35,759 bases of DNA from a virus (IMGVR_UViG_3300037608_000191:1-35759), one strand, 5' to 3'. Shown: positions 1 through 9,085, counted from the first letter of the stretch. Notes: generated by a model from the sequence alone, not told the origin. Program-made: numbers and translations.

Positions 1-372
<372 letters not shown>

Positions 373-376
373 GTGA

Positions 377-519
<143 letters not shown>

Positions 520-645
520 ATTGACCCTGAGACGGCGACCGGGCTGAATGCCTGATATGGTCGGATGTGGGCCGATGTGGCGCGAGAAAGGCCGATGAAT
601 AGCGGGTCTTCCGCGCCTCGCGCCGGGTCTCGTGCTCGGAATGGT

Positions 646-680
646 TGAAAAGGGTGTTTCCTCGCCGACGGACAAGGGTC
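646..680 (+). repeat. Putative left-end transposase binding sites
   Basis: TGAAAAGGGTG (646-656) and a second AAGGGT (674-679), cores 24 bp apart; mirrored at the right end. Confidence 0.6.
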
Positions 681-682
681 AA

Positions 683-1384
683 TCAGAGGGGCTGCGAGGG
701 GTCTGCATGAAGCTCGCGGACAGTGTGCAGAGCCTCCGCATGACGCCCGTCGCCGAGGAGAAGCAGGTCCGGCCGGCGCAACGGCGGCCGGGACCATGAG
801 GGTTCCCAAGTGGCGGCCGCGTCGTCCTGGGGAATGGCCACGCGAACCCCGCGGGCCAGGTCGGCAAGGGCCTGCTCGATCAACCGCAGCCCCATCGGGA
901 ACAACTCCCGGCGCCAGAGGGTGTCGACCGTGTCGTCGGGCCGGACCCAGCACCACTCCTGGGCGGCGATGTCGCCGGCGTCCACGTTGTCACTCAGCCA
1001 GTAGACCGTCCCGCCGGCAACCGGGTCCCGGAGCCGGATCGTCCACCGGATCGCGTCGCGGCCGCGGTGCCTGGGGAGCAGAGACGGGTGGTAGCCGATC
1101 GCCCCGATCCTCGCGCGGAGCCGGGTCGCCCGGCCGATAAAGTCGTGCGAGTGGGCGGCGACGACGACGTCGGTCCCGACCGGCAGCCGGTCCGCGGAAA
1201 GCATGCCGGCGGGCAGGAACGGGACGCGGGCCAGGTCGGCGGCCGCCCTCAGCCGGTCGGGCCGCTCGGGCTCGGACTCCGACCAGAGGGGCGCCGAGAC
1301 GCCGAGGATCTCGTGGCCGGCCCGCCGGATCGCCTCGAATGCAGCCGCTCCAAAAGCCTTCTGACCGCACAGGTAAACCCGCAT
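683..1384 (-). CDS. 10-formyl-THF-dependent formyltransferase/hydrolase-fold protein (ALDH1L1 N-domain-like)
   Basis: MRVYLCGQKAFG, IGYHPSLLPRHRG, GGTVYWLSDNVDAGDIAAQ, DDTVDTLWRRELFP. Confidence 0.9.
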   Translation of the reverse strand: MRVYLCGQKAFGAAAFEAIRRAGHEILGVSAPLWSESEPERPDRLRAAADLARVPFLPAGMLSADRLPVGTDVVVAAHSHDFIGRATRLRARIGAIGYHPSLLPRHRGRDAIRWTIRLRDPVAGGTVYWLSDNVDAGDIAAQEWCWVRPDDTVDTLWRRELFPMGLRLIEQALADLARGVRVAIPQDDAAATWEPSWSRPPLRRPDLLLLGDGRHAEALHTVRELHADPSQPL

Positions 1385-1423
1385 CGCTCGTCCCTTCCGA
1401 AGTAGATCTCGTAGAGCGTCGCC

Positions 1424-2551
1424 CTACGCCGCCTCAGCCTCGCCCACATATCGGAACCCCTGAACCGCCCGCATGTGCCCGCCGTACCGGCTGCCGCCGA
1501 TGCCCCGCGACTTCAGCATCGTCCGCCACGACGCCTCGCCGTTCTCGCCGAGCACCCGCCCGCCGATGTAGAGCCACCCCGGCCGGCGGCGCAGCGCCGC
1601 GGCCAGCCCCGGGTGACTCGTGTGGAACACCGTGGTCATCGGCTTGCCGTACCGGTTCCGCCCGGCGAGCCACTCCTCGGCGACCCACTCGATGAAGCGC
1701 ACGCCGACGCCCACGCCCTGCCACTCGGGCATGACAACCAGCCGGCACATCCGGGCGCTCTTCAGGCCCGTCGTCGTCGCCACCGCCACGTGGGCCACAG
1801 GCTCCCCGCGGTTCAGCGCCACGTAGTTCGTCGCCCCGATCATCAGCGGCAGCTTCAGATAGTGATGCGCTTCAAATAGCGCCCAGGGGCGCCAAGCCGT
1901 TTGAAAAACGTCGATGCGGATCGGTGGCCGCCGCCGAAGCGACCCCCTTTGGAGGCTCATGTCCTCCGTGTCCAGAATCCAATCCGGACAGGCCCACTCC
2001 ACGATGTCCCGGTGGCACGAGAGCAGCACCACCTTCCGGCCCGGTTCCCGGCGCCACGCCTTCGTGAACGCCGCCGCGCCCACCCGCGCAATCTGCCGGT
2101 CCACCACCGACGTGAACTCGTCGATCACCAGGCGATCCCTCCCGCACAGCAGCGCCCGCGCGAGATCCGCGCGGAACCGCTCCCCCGTCGACAGCACCCC
2201 GTGCGGCCGCAGCCACGACGGCACGCTCCCCAGGCCCACCGCCGACAGGGCGCCCGCGACCGCGTCGAACGGCGCCGCCGGTGCGATCTCCTCGATGATC
2301 GGCCCGCCGCCCCACTCGAAGCCCTCCAGGTACGCCGCGCCGCCCCAGCACCGCCGCCCGATCGACGACTTGCCCGAGCCGCTCGGCCCCACCACGAGGC
2401 CCACCTGCCAGCGGTCCTCGTCCAGCGGGATCTCACACGCCGTACGGAATATGGCGCCCGCCTCCGGCGAGACGTTGAACAGCGACCGCACCCGCGCCGC
2501 CCGGTAGGTCTCCGGTACCACGCACCTCTGCTCGATCTCGATGCGCGTCAT
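1424..2551 (-). CDS. ABC-type ATPase fused to a C-terminal GNAT acyltransferase (phage Mom-associated type), 375 aa
   Basis: Walker A GPSGSGKS, signature LSTGE, Walker B LVIDEF, H-switch LSCH, GNAT motif A RLVVMPEWQGVGVG; ATG 2551 overlaps the upstream stop (ATGA). Confidence 0.85.
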   Translation of the reverse strand: MTRIEIEQRCVVPETYRAARVRSLFNVSPEAGAIFRTACEIPLDEDRWQVGLVVGPSGSGKSSIGRRCWGGAAYLEGFEWGGGPIIEEIAPAAPFDAVAGALSAVGLGSVPSWLRPHGVLSTGERFRADLARALLCGRDRLVIDEFTSVVDRQIARVGAAAFTKAWRREPGRKVVLLSCHRDIVEWACPDWILDTEDMSLQRGSLRRRPPIRIDVFQTAWRPWALFEAHHYLKLPLMIGATNYVALNRGEPVAHVAVATTTGLKSARMCRLVVMPEWQGVGVGVRFIEWVAEEWLAGRNRYGKPMTTVFHTSHPGLAAALRRRPGWLYIGGRVLGENGEASWRTMLKSRGIGGSRYGGHMRAVQGFRYVGEAEAA

Positions 2552-2829
2552 ATCACCAGCACCTTGATCTCGCGGCCGGAAAGCCGGGCCGACAGGTCCG
2601 AGAACATCGCCCTCTGGTCCGCCTCGTCCCGGCACAGGATGCCGATCGCGAACTGGGGCCGATAGACCGCGCCCTTGTGGACGCGCCCGTCCCGGGCCTT
2701 CACCGTGGGCAGCCTTCGCGGCCGTCGCGGCCGCGCGCACGCGCAAGCGTGGGAACCATCGCCACAGGCGCACCGGCGCCCGGGCCGGCGGCCGTGGCCG
2801 CCCGAACAAATGCAAAGGGGGCTTTTCAC
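2548..2829 (-). CDS. Small accessory protein with Cys/His-rich N-terminus, coupled to the ABC-GNAT gene
   Basis: GAGG SD before GTG; stop overlaps next ATG; globular-looking C-terminus YRPQFAIGILCRDEADQRAMF..EIKVLVI. Confidence 0.7.
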   Translation of the reverse strand: MKSPLCICSGGHGRRPGRRCACGDGSHACACARPRRPRRLPTVKARDGRVHKGAVYRPQFAIGILCRDEADQRAMFSDLSARLSGREIKVLVI

Positions 2830-2848
2830 CCTTTTCTCCTACCGCTAT

Positions 2849-2937
2849 CCTTCGGGCTCCTCGATTGGTGCCGGGGTGAGCCCGTAAGGGTGACCGCTGC
2901 TATCAACAGCGTTCGGTTGGAGGGGTGTCAGCCCCTC
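2849..2937 (-). promoter_or_regulatory. Three-hairpin structured leader between the portal stop and the modification operon
   Basis: Stems GAGGGG/CCCCTC (2920-2937), CGCTG/CAGCG (2895-2911), CCTT-CGGGCTC/GAGCCCGTAAGG (2849-2889). Confidence 0.55.
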
Positions 2938-2954
2938 TGCCTCATCCCGGTTTT

Positions 2955-4484
2955 CTACACCCGTAGGCCGGGAAATCTGCTCATTGCCACTCCGTTCGCC
3001 GCGTAGGCCGTCAGCGCCTGCTCCAGCACCGCCGCCGACCTCGCCGGCTTCCATTCCGCCATGAATGTCCGAAGACGCTCCTCGCACTCCCGCGCCGTCC
3101 GGCTCTCCCGGATGATCCGCGCCACCGGCGCGAGATCCCCGCCGAACGCCGCCGCCAGGTCCGTCGCGCCAGCCGCCGCCACCCGGTCCAGGTCCGCCAG
3201 TTCCGGCGCCGGCCCCGGCACCGCGAACGGGACCACGAACGGCACGGCCGGCCCCGCCGGCGCCGGCGACCGCTCCACCGGGATCCCCAGCTTCTTCGAC
3301 AACACCGGAATGCCGTCATCCGTCACGCGAAGCCCCGCCTGCGACAGCGACTGCAAGAGGGTTCCCGTCAGCCCCGCCTCCTTTGCCGACTCCCCCCCGA
3401 ACGCGATCGCCGGCGGCCGGCCCGGCATGCGGTTGATCTCCAGGAGCTGCGCGAACAACTGCTGCCGCAGCGTGCCCGACAGCATCATCGCGTCGAACTC
3501 CCGGATGTCGTCCCGCACCGCCTCATGCGCCGACGACTGTCCCGAGTTCATCCCCGTCGCCTGCGCCTCCGCGCTCAGCGTCTGGCCGATGATCAGCTTC
3601 GACTTCTCCCGCTGGCAGATGGTTAGGAAGCGCTCGTAGCCGTCCCCCGAGTCCCCGCTCGCCGCCTGCTTGATCTCGACTTCCGTCTCCCGCGAAATCA
3701 CCAGGCCGCCGATCTTCGTCGCGAAATCGAACGCCCGCTCCAGGATCCGCCGCGAGGCGTCATCCGCCTGGTCATACTTCCCCACCAGGAACGGCGCCCC
3801 GAACCGCTCCAGGAACCGCGCCCACCAGCCCCGGTCCATCACCGAGAGCAGCCACCACAGCACGATCGAACGCATCGGCCCGCCGAAGTGGTCCGGCGCC
3901 GACAGCAGGTGCCCGCGGTGCACGATGTACCGCGCCGGGTCCGGCGCCACCGTCGACCCCTTCACGAAGCCCCGCTCGTCCACCTCCCGGATCCGCAGCG
4001 CGCCGGACGTGAAGTCGAGCAGGCGGTGCGGCACCGGCACGATCTCCCGAAGCGCGAAGCCCGAGCCCGACGCCGCGAACACCTTCTCCGCCACCGCCAC
4101 CGGATAGAGCGTGCCATCCAGGAGATGCCCGTTCCCGAACAGCCAGTTCCCGCAGCCCTCCACCTGCGCGCGGATGAAATCCGCCGCCGCCACGTCTGCC
4201 CCGTCCTCCTCGTTCAGCGGGAGGATCGAGATCTGCTTCCCGATCACCGCCAGCTTCCGCTTCGCGAACTCCGACTGCGAGTGGCTGTCCGCGATCATCA
4301 TGTCCCGGTAGAGAGTGAACAGTTCCTCCGTCGCGCCCCCCTCCGCCATCGCGAAGATCCGCGCGATCCGGTCCACGTCCAGGAACGGCGCCACCGCCGG
4401 CGGCTCCCCGCCGCTATGCACGAACGCGGCCGCCCGCGTCAGCCGCCCCGCGATCCAGTTTCGGACTTGGTCACGCAGATTCAT
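2955..4484 (-). CDS. Portal protein, Mu gp29/DUF935 type
   Basis: KRKLAV, WARFLERFGAPFLVGKY, SKLIIGQTLS, AHEAVRDDI motifs; follows terminase. Confidence 0.92.
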   Translation of the reverse strand: MNLRDQVRNWIAGRLTRAAAFVHSGGEPPAVAPFLDVDRIARIFAMAEGGATEELFTLYRDMMIADSHSQSEFAKRKLAVIGKQISILPLNEEDGADVAAADFIRAQVEGCGNWLFGNGHLLDGTLYPVAVAEKVFAASGSGFALREIVPVPHRLLDFTSGALRIREVDERGFVKGSTVAPDPARYIVHRGHLLSAPDHFGGPMRSIVLWWLLSVMDRGWWARFLERFGAPFLVGKYDQADDASRRILERAFDFATKIGGLVISRETEVEIKQAASGDSGDGYERFLTICQREKSKLIIGQTLSAEAQATGMNSGQSSAHEAVRDDIREFDAMMLSGTLRQQLFAQLLEINRMPGRPPAIAFGGESAKEAGLTGTLLQSLSQAGLRVTDDGIPVLSKKLGIPVERSPAPAGPAVPFVVPFAVPGPAPELADLDRVAAAGATDLAAAFGGDLAPVARIIRESRTARECEERLRTFMAEWKPARSAAVLEQALTAYAANGVAMSRFPGLRV

Positions 4485-4491
4485 GGTTCCC

Positions 4492-6153
4492 TCACAGCAT
4501 CAGCCGTCCCGCCGGCCCCGCGCCAAGGCCCCGCGCTCCCAGCGCCGCCCCTGCGCCCACCGCCGCCGCCCGCGCCTCCGCCCGGCCCCGGCCCGACCGC
4601 AACGCGTGCCGCGCCAGCTTCACCCCGTCGAAGCAGTCCCCGTGATTCCCCGCCGAATCCAGAAGGTTCGTGAAGCCGCCCCGGTCCCGCACCACCAGCC
4701 GGAAGTCGTCCTTCAGCCAGCGGCACTCGGGCAGCGTGAGAGTCCCGTCGTCCAGGTCATTCACCACCTGGTTCCCCAGGTAGGTCTTCATCGGCAGCGT
4801 CTCCCCCAGGTGCTGCGTCGATTCAGAGGCCACCACCAGTTCCACTGGCACGACCCCCGCCAGTTCCTTCCGCACCCGCGCCGAGAAGAACCGCTCGTTC
4901 GATGCGTCCACCGCCAGCCGCCGGGCAGACAGGGAAACCCCGTGGCGCACCCGCGTGCACCCCCGCACCACGTCCCGGATGATCGCCAGCGACCGGTCCG
5001 GGTCCGCGCTCTTGAACCGAAGCACCAGCCGCACCACCGAGAGATTCCCCATGCCCTCGACCACCGCGATCGCGTTCGGGTTGCTCTTCGCCTTCTCCGT
5101 CGTCGCCAGGTCCCAGCCGATCGCCACCGGCCCGTCCCCCAGGAGATCCGTCCAGTTCGCCGGCGGCTCGTTCTCCGCCGCGACCCCCAGCAGCCGGCCC
5201 GCCTGCATCGCCCGGTGCAGCGCCGCCAGGGAAACCGCCGACGTGCCCCCCCGCGTGAACAGCAGCCCGTAGTTCCGGTCCCACGCGTCCCGGTCGATCG
5301 CCGCCGCCCGCGACGCCTCCGGCGAGGTCGGCTGGCGCGTCCGGAGGTCGAACATCTGCACCCCCGCCAGCGCCGCGTCCCACACGTCCACCCGGTGCAC
5401 CCGCACGTTCGCCTGGCTGTCGTACCAATGCCCCCGCGCGCTCTTCACCGAGAAGTCGGAGCCCTCCGGCGGGACGGCGAGCTCGTAGGAGAAGTGGCCG
5501 TCGTCGTCCGGCGGCGTCGTGCACATGACCACCCGGAACTCCGGATCCCGCGACGCGATCGGCTCCATCGCCTCCCAGAGATCCTTCAGCGCCCGGACGA
5601 ACCCGATCTCATCCATCATCACGAAGCCCGAGTAGCCTCGCGCCGTCGCCGGGTTCGGCGCAATCAGGCGCGTCCGCGAGAAGGCGGTCTTGTCGTGATA
5701 GAGCCGCGCCTCCACCTTCCCGTGCTCGAACATCTCGCAGAAGCCGTCGAAGTCCGCCGCGTCCGCCGAGGTCTCCAGGAGTTGGCCCTGCTCCGTCGCC
5801 AGCCGGCGCCACTTCTCGATCGCCTGCCGCCAGAGCTGCGCCTCCCGGATCAACATCTCCCCGCCCACCGCGATCGACGCCGACGCGTAGGTCACCAGCC
5901 GCCACGGCTTCTCCATCATCCGCCGCAGCGCCAGTGCGGAAAGGGTCGTCGTCTTCCCCGCCTGCCGGCGCCAGAGCCAGAGCACGAAGCCGATCTCGTC
6001 CGCCCCCCAGAACGCCTCCGTCTGGAACGGCAGGAACGGAATCAGCGGCTCGGCCGGCGACGGGGAAACACCAAGACGCAAAGATCGCGAAGCCTCCGGA
6101 CCGTCCGGCGTCCGCTTCGTCCGGCTTCGCGGCCTCTGCGTCTTCGTGTTCAT
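4492..6153 (-). CDS. Terminase large subunit, Mu gp28-like
   Basis: LPFQ, WRRQAGKT (Walker A), TARGYSG, VMMDEIGF (Walker B), nuclease IGWDLA and HGDCFD; ATG 6153 overlaps the upstream stop. Confidence 0.92.
   Translation of the reverse strand: MNTKTQRPRSRTKRTPDGPEASRSLRLGVSPSPAEPLIPFLPFQTEAFWGADEIGFVLWLWRRQAGKTTTLSALALRRMMEKPWRLVTYASASIAVGGEMLIREAQLWRQAIEKWRRLATEQGQLLETSADAADFDGFCEMFEHGKVEARLYHDKTAFSRTRLIAPNPATARGYSGFVMMDEIGFVRALKDLWEAMEPIASRDPEFRVVMCTTPPDDDGHFSYELAVPPEGSDFSVKSARGHWYDSQANVRVHRVDVWDAALAGVQMFDLRTRQPTSPEASRAAAIDRDAWDRNYGLLFTRGGTSAVSLAALHRAMQAGRLLGVAAENEPPANWTDLLGDGPVAIGWDLATTEKAKSNPNAIAVVEGMGNLSVVRLVLRFKSADPDRSLAIIRDVVRGCTRVRHGVSLSARRLAVDASNERFFSARVRKELAGVVPVELVVASESTQHLGETLPMKTYLGNQVVNDLDDGTLTLPECRWLKDDFRLVVRDRGGFTNLLDSAGNHGDCFDGVKLARHALRSGRGRAEARAAAVGAGAALGARGLGAGPAGRLML
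6067..6150. repeat. Imperfect 28-bp inverted repeat in the terminase 5' end (AACACnAAGACGC family)
   Basis: Arms 6067-6094 and 6123-6150; related single arms at 9784-9812 and 21626-21652, weaker at ~8931-8962. Confidence 0.8.
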
Positions 6154-6791
6154 TCCGGGGCCACCGCCGGGCGCTGACCGAACAGGACGCCGATCAGCTT
6201 CTCCATCTTCACCGGCTTCGCCTCCTTGCCCTGCGCGATCCGGCGCACCGACTCGTCGTCGAACCACTTCAGGAAGAGCTCCGCCGTCTGCCGCTGGAAC
6301 CGCTTCTCCGCCAGCGCCAGTTCCCGGTCCTTCTGCGCGAGCTTCGCCCGCATGGTTTTTGCCGCCGAGACCTTCGCGTCGGAATCCCGCAGTTTCGCCA
6401 GCGCCAGGCTCAGCGGAAGGACGTCGTCACCCTCCGCCGCCTCCAGCGCCTCCAGGATCTTGCCCCCCGCGATCGCTGCGGCCCCCTCGCTCAGGTTCCC
6501 GCCCGACGCCTTCGCCAGGCTGAAGGCGTAGTCCGAGAGGCGGCGGACGTTCTCCACCCGCTCCTCCTCCCGGAGCCAGTCCTCATAGCCGCCCGCCCGC
6601 CACTCCGAGAGATTCCCCGGCGTCACCCGCCACTGCGCGAAGTCGGCTGACAGCGCCCGCTCCGCCTCCGGAAGCGCGTTCAGCCACGCGCACAGCGCCG
6701 GGTACTTCTTCCCGTCCCGCATCCGCCGGTTCAGTTCCAACCGGACCGCCAGCGGCAGCCGGGCAATCTTCCCCTTCCGCGCCTCCGGCAT
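6150..6791 (-). CDS. Mu gp27/DUF3486-like protein (putative small terminase)
   Basis: RKGKIARLP..VRLELNRRMRDG..Y..L..WL N-terminus; directly upstream of terminase; GGAGG SD. Confidence 0.8.
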   Translation of the reverse strand: MPEARKGKIARLPLAVRLELNRRMRDGKKYPALCAWLNALPEAERALSADFAQWRVTPGNLSEWRAGGYEDWLREEERVENVRRLSDYAFSLAKASGGNLSEGAAAIAGGKILEALEAAEGDDVLPLSLALAKLRDSDAKVSAAKTMRAKLAQKDRELALAEKRFQRQTAELFLKWFDDESVRRIAQGKEAKPVKMEKLIGVLFGQRPAVAPE

Positions 6792-6794
6792 GGG

Positions 6795-6854
6795 TCACCT
6801 CCCGGCGCGGCGCAGGCGCCCGGCCGTGGCCGCGGTGTGGTCGATCGGATTCAT
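6795..6854 (-). CDS. Putative 19-aa leaderless uORF (MNPIDHTAATAGRLRRAGR)
   Basis: ATG 7 nt after the TACCGT -10 of the repeated promoter; its last codons contain the SD of the gp27-like gene. Confidence 0.45.
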   Translation of the reverse strand: MNPIDHTAATAGRLRRAGR

Positions 6855-6910
6855 GCGCGCGACGGTAGCCGCGCACCCCGCCTGCCATCCAAGCACAGTG
6901 CGGGTTCTGC
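6855..6910 (-). promoter_or_regulatory. Putative late promoter, copy 1
   Basis: CAGAACCCGCA (6909-6899)-N31-TACCGT-N7-ATG. Confidence 0.75.
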
Positions 6911-7045
6911 CCCGTGTGCTGCAGGGGCGCCGCGGCCGTTAACGGGCAGCCGCGCACGGATCCAGGAAGGCGGCATATCGGGTTCGAAAGTGCTTGATGG
7001 CGGGCGCTGCAAAGCGCAGCCTGCCGGAGATATCGGAGGTGAGAA

Positions 7046-8020
7046 ATGAAGAAGAACCTGCGAGCCATACCGCCGAGCGTTCGAGTGCGACTTCTCCAAC
7101 TCAAAAAGCGGGCTGTTGTTGCCGGCTGCGCACGGCTATTCAAAGCTGAGGACCTCCGTGGCGGGGCATTGGTTCATCTCGGCATTGAGCTTCGCGGTGA
7201 CGGGTTGAGCATTTCCGCGCAGGTCCTTCCTCGGCCCGAACAAGGGAAATACTCGTGGCGCAATATTCACGGCTGGGAAGAGGTCAGGAAGGACCTCCCT
7301 ATCGAAATCAGTTACCACCCGGTGGAGTCGCCAAACTGGGGCGATGCGTGGAACGGCACCCACACAGTCTGGTTGCCGCACAAAGCCTATCCGCGGGACT
7401 TCCACCCGCCGCGCGAGTTGGTAATCGCAATTCAGTGTCCGAATCCGGCGCCGGGCCAGGAAGCGTATCTTATTGCCGCAAGGGTAGACGAGGTGCTCGA
7501 TCAAGAGGCCCCGGACTTCGAGGAGCGTCTGCTTGAGGATCTGAACTTGCTTCAGGAGAACCTCGGTTCCTCCGGAGTTGAACCCGCGGACATCTCCGTT
7601 GCGGACTACGCGAGCACAGTACGGTTATCGTGGGATATCCTCCCGCCCGGGTCCCGCGATGATGCCTTCCGGAGACTATTCCGAGGTGGGCCTCCTTCTA
7701 AGGAGCAGATTGACACTGCGGCCGAACGCTATGACTTCTTCCAGACCCTGGCCCCGAAGAAGATCATCGTTGGGTCAAGCGGCTTCCGGCGATACTTCGG
7801 GGCGCTTCTGGAGGACGACTTGGTGGTCTTCGAGAACATCGAGTACGGAAATGCTATCTACATAATGTACGACAACTGGAAGAACCTCAGCAGCCGGAGC
7901 CGCATCGATCTACTGTCCGGTCGTCTCGGGGTTGGGTTCGACCGGGTCATTCATAAAGCGGGGTGGCCGACCCAGGTCAGGCTCTACGTTGAGCGCAAGC
8001 GCGAGGAGAAGCACCACTGA
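7046..8020 (+). CDS. Hypothetical moron protein, 324 aa, opposite to surrounding genes
   Basis: GGAGGT SD, long globular ORF, visibly lower GC than flanks, sits between gp26- and gp27-like genes. Confidence 0.85.
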   Translation: MKKNLRAIPPSVRVRLLQLKKRAVVAGCARLFKAEDLRGGALVHLGIELRGDGLSISAQVLPRPEQGKYSWRNIHGWEEVRKDLPIEISYHPVESPNWGDAWNGTHTVWLPHKAYPRDFHPPRELVIAIQCPNPAPGQEAYLIAARVDEVLDQEAPDFEERLLEDLNLLQENLGSSGVEPADISVADYASTVRLSWDILPPGSRDDAFRRLFRGGPPSKEQIDTAAERYDFFQTLAPKKIIVGSSGFRRYFGALLEDDLVVFENIEYGNAIYIMYDNWKNLSSRSRIDLLSGRLGVGFDRVIHKAGWPTQVRLYVERKREEKHH

Positions 8021-8039
8021 CTGACCAAGGGCCGAGGCG

Positions 8040-8315
8040 CTACGCCTCCCCCCGCTCGACCGCGAGGGTGCCGGCCGCCGTGATTCGATAGGACACCGCG
8101 CTCCCCAGGGGATCGCGGATCGCCTCCACGAAGCCGAGGCCCTTCAGGAGTTCCAGCGCCGCCCGGGCGTCGCCCGCGGTCGGCTCGAAGTCCACCATGC
8201 CCCGCCGGTGCGTCAGCCGCGCCACCGCCTCCGGCGTGAACGCCAGGAGGCTCCTCTCATAGAGGAACTGCAGCGCCGCGTGGCGCAGGTCCGTCGTCTG
8301 CTCGTTCGTCGCCAT
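8040..8315 (-). CDS. Mu gp26-like winged-helix protein
   Basis: LRHAALQFL..ALELLKGLGFVE..YRITAAG pattern; position upstream of the gp27-like gene. Confidence 0.7.
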   Translation of the reverse strand: MATNEQTTDLRHAALQFLYERSLLAFTPEAVARLTHRRGMVDFEPTAGDARAALELLKGLGFVEAIRDPLGSAVSYRITAAGTLAVERGEA

Positions 8316-8316
8316 G

Positions 8317-8505
8317 TCACCGCTCCTTCGCCGCCGGCCCGCCGCCGGCCGCCTTCAAGATCCGCACCGCTTCCTCACGCGCCTCGATCTCCGCCTTCAT
8401 CGCGTCCGCGTCGCCCTCCTGGCGCCCCGCCTCCACCGCCCGCCGGTTCGCCTTCAGGATCGCGACGGAGATCTCGATGTCCGCGATGGCGCCGGCGAAG
8501 CGCAC
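8317..8505 (-). CDS. Small hypothetical protein
   Basis: Fills the operon gap; helical composition. Confidence 0.5.
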   Translation of the reverse strand: MRFAGAIADIEISVAILKANRRAVEAGRQEGDADAMKAEIEAREEAVRILKAAGGGPAAKER

Positions 8506-8518
8506 GGCGGTGCACCCG

Positions 8519-9085
8519 TCAGGGGTGCCAATACGGAACCCACGCCTTCCACGCCTCGGGAAGGTCCGGCGCGCCGAACAGGCGACAGGCCAAGGCGTGG
8601 GCCGCTTCGTGCCGGCCGTAGGCGTCCGGGAAGAACCCGTCGTTTGCGAGCGCCAGGCGCATCAGGGCGGACTTGCGGGCACCCTTCGTGCCGCCCACCA
8701 TCCCGTTCCATTCTCCGGCCTCGCGGAAGACCCCGACCGACCGACCGAGCGACGGCGCCCACGCCTCATGCCCGGTCACGGTCGCGTGGACCGTCAGCCG
8801 GAAGTCGTCGAAGGCCCGCCCGCTCCGGGCCTCCGCGAAGTCGCACCACGCCTTCACCCGGCCCTGGTCGATGCCGTGGCACCCGAGCCGGAGGCCCTTG
8901 TTGAACAGCGTCGCGCATCCTGAACCGAGGACGCACACGGAGACGCAGAGGCAGCAGAGAAGCGCCCACCGCTCCACCCGCTCCGCCAGCCGGTTGAGCC
9001 TGCGCACGATGCGATCCAGCCGCCGCTGCAACGCCGCCGGGTCCCTTCGGACCTCCGACCTCCGACCTCGGGCCTCGGCCTTCAT
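8519..9085 (-). CDS. Putative lipoprotein with HExxH motif
   Basis: Hydrophobic stretch ending in LGSGC (lipobox-like); RHEAAH near the C-terminus. Confidence 0.6.
   Translation of the reverse strand: MKAEARGRRSEVRRDPAALQRRLDRIVRRLNRLAERVERWALLCCLCVSVCVLGSGCATLFNKGLRLGCHGIDQGRVKAWCDFAEARSGRAFDDFRLTVHATVTGHEAWAPSLGRSVGVFREAGEWNGMVGGTKGARKSALMRLALANDGFFPDAYGRHEAAHALACRLFGAPDLPEAWKAWVPYWHP

Noticed and set aside
554-600. 10-bp periodic GATGTGG repeats
   Set aside because: Real but short and degenerate; no function can be supported
1424-2815. ABC transporter annotation and the 463-aa start
   Set aside because: No permease or TM partner; the ATGA overlap supports a start at 2551
2849-2950. Hammerhead ribozyme or known riboswitch
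   Set aside because: No CUGAUGA/GAAA core or aptamer consensus recognised
4315-6177. Long antisense/alternate-frame ORFs (also 12877-14427, 17025-18635, 24207-26630, 28557-30395)
   Set aside because: Arg/Pro-rich shadows of well-supported genes in high-GC DNA
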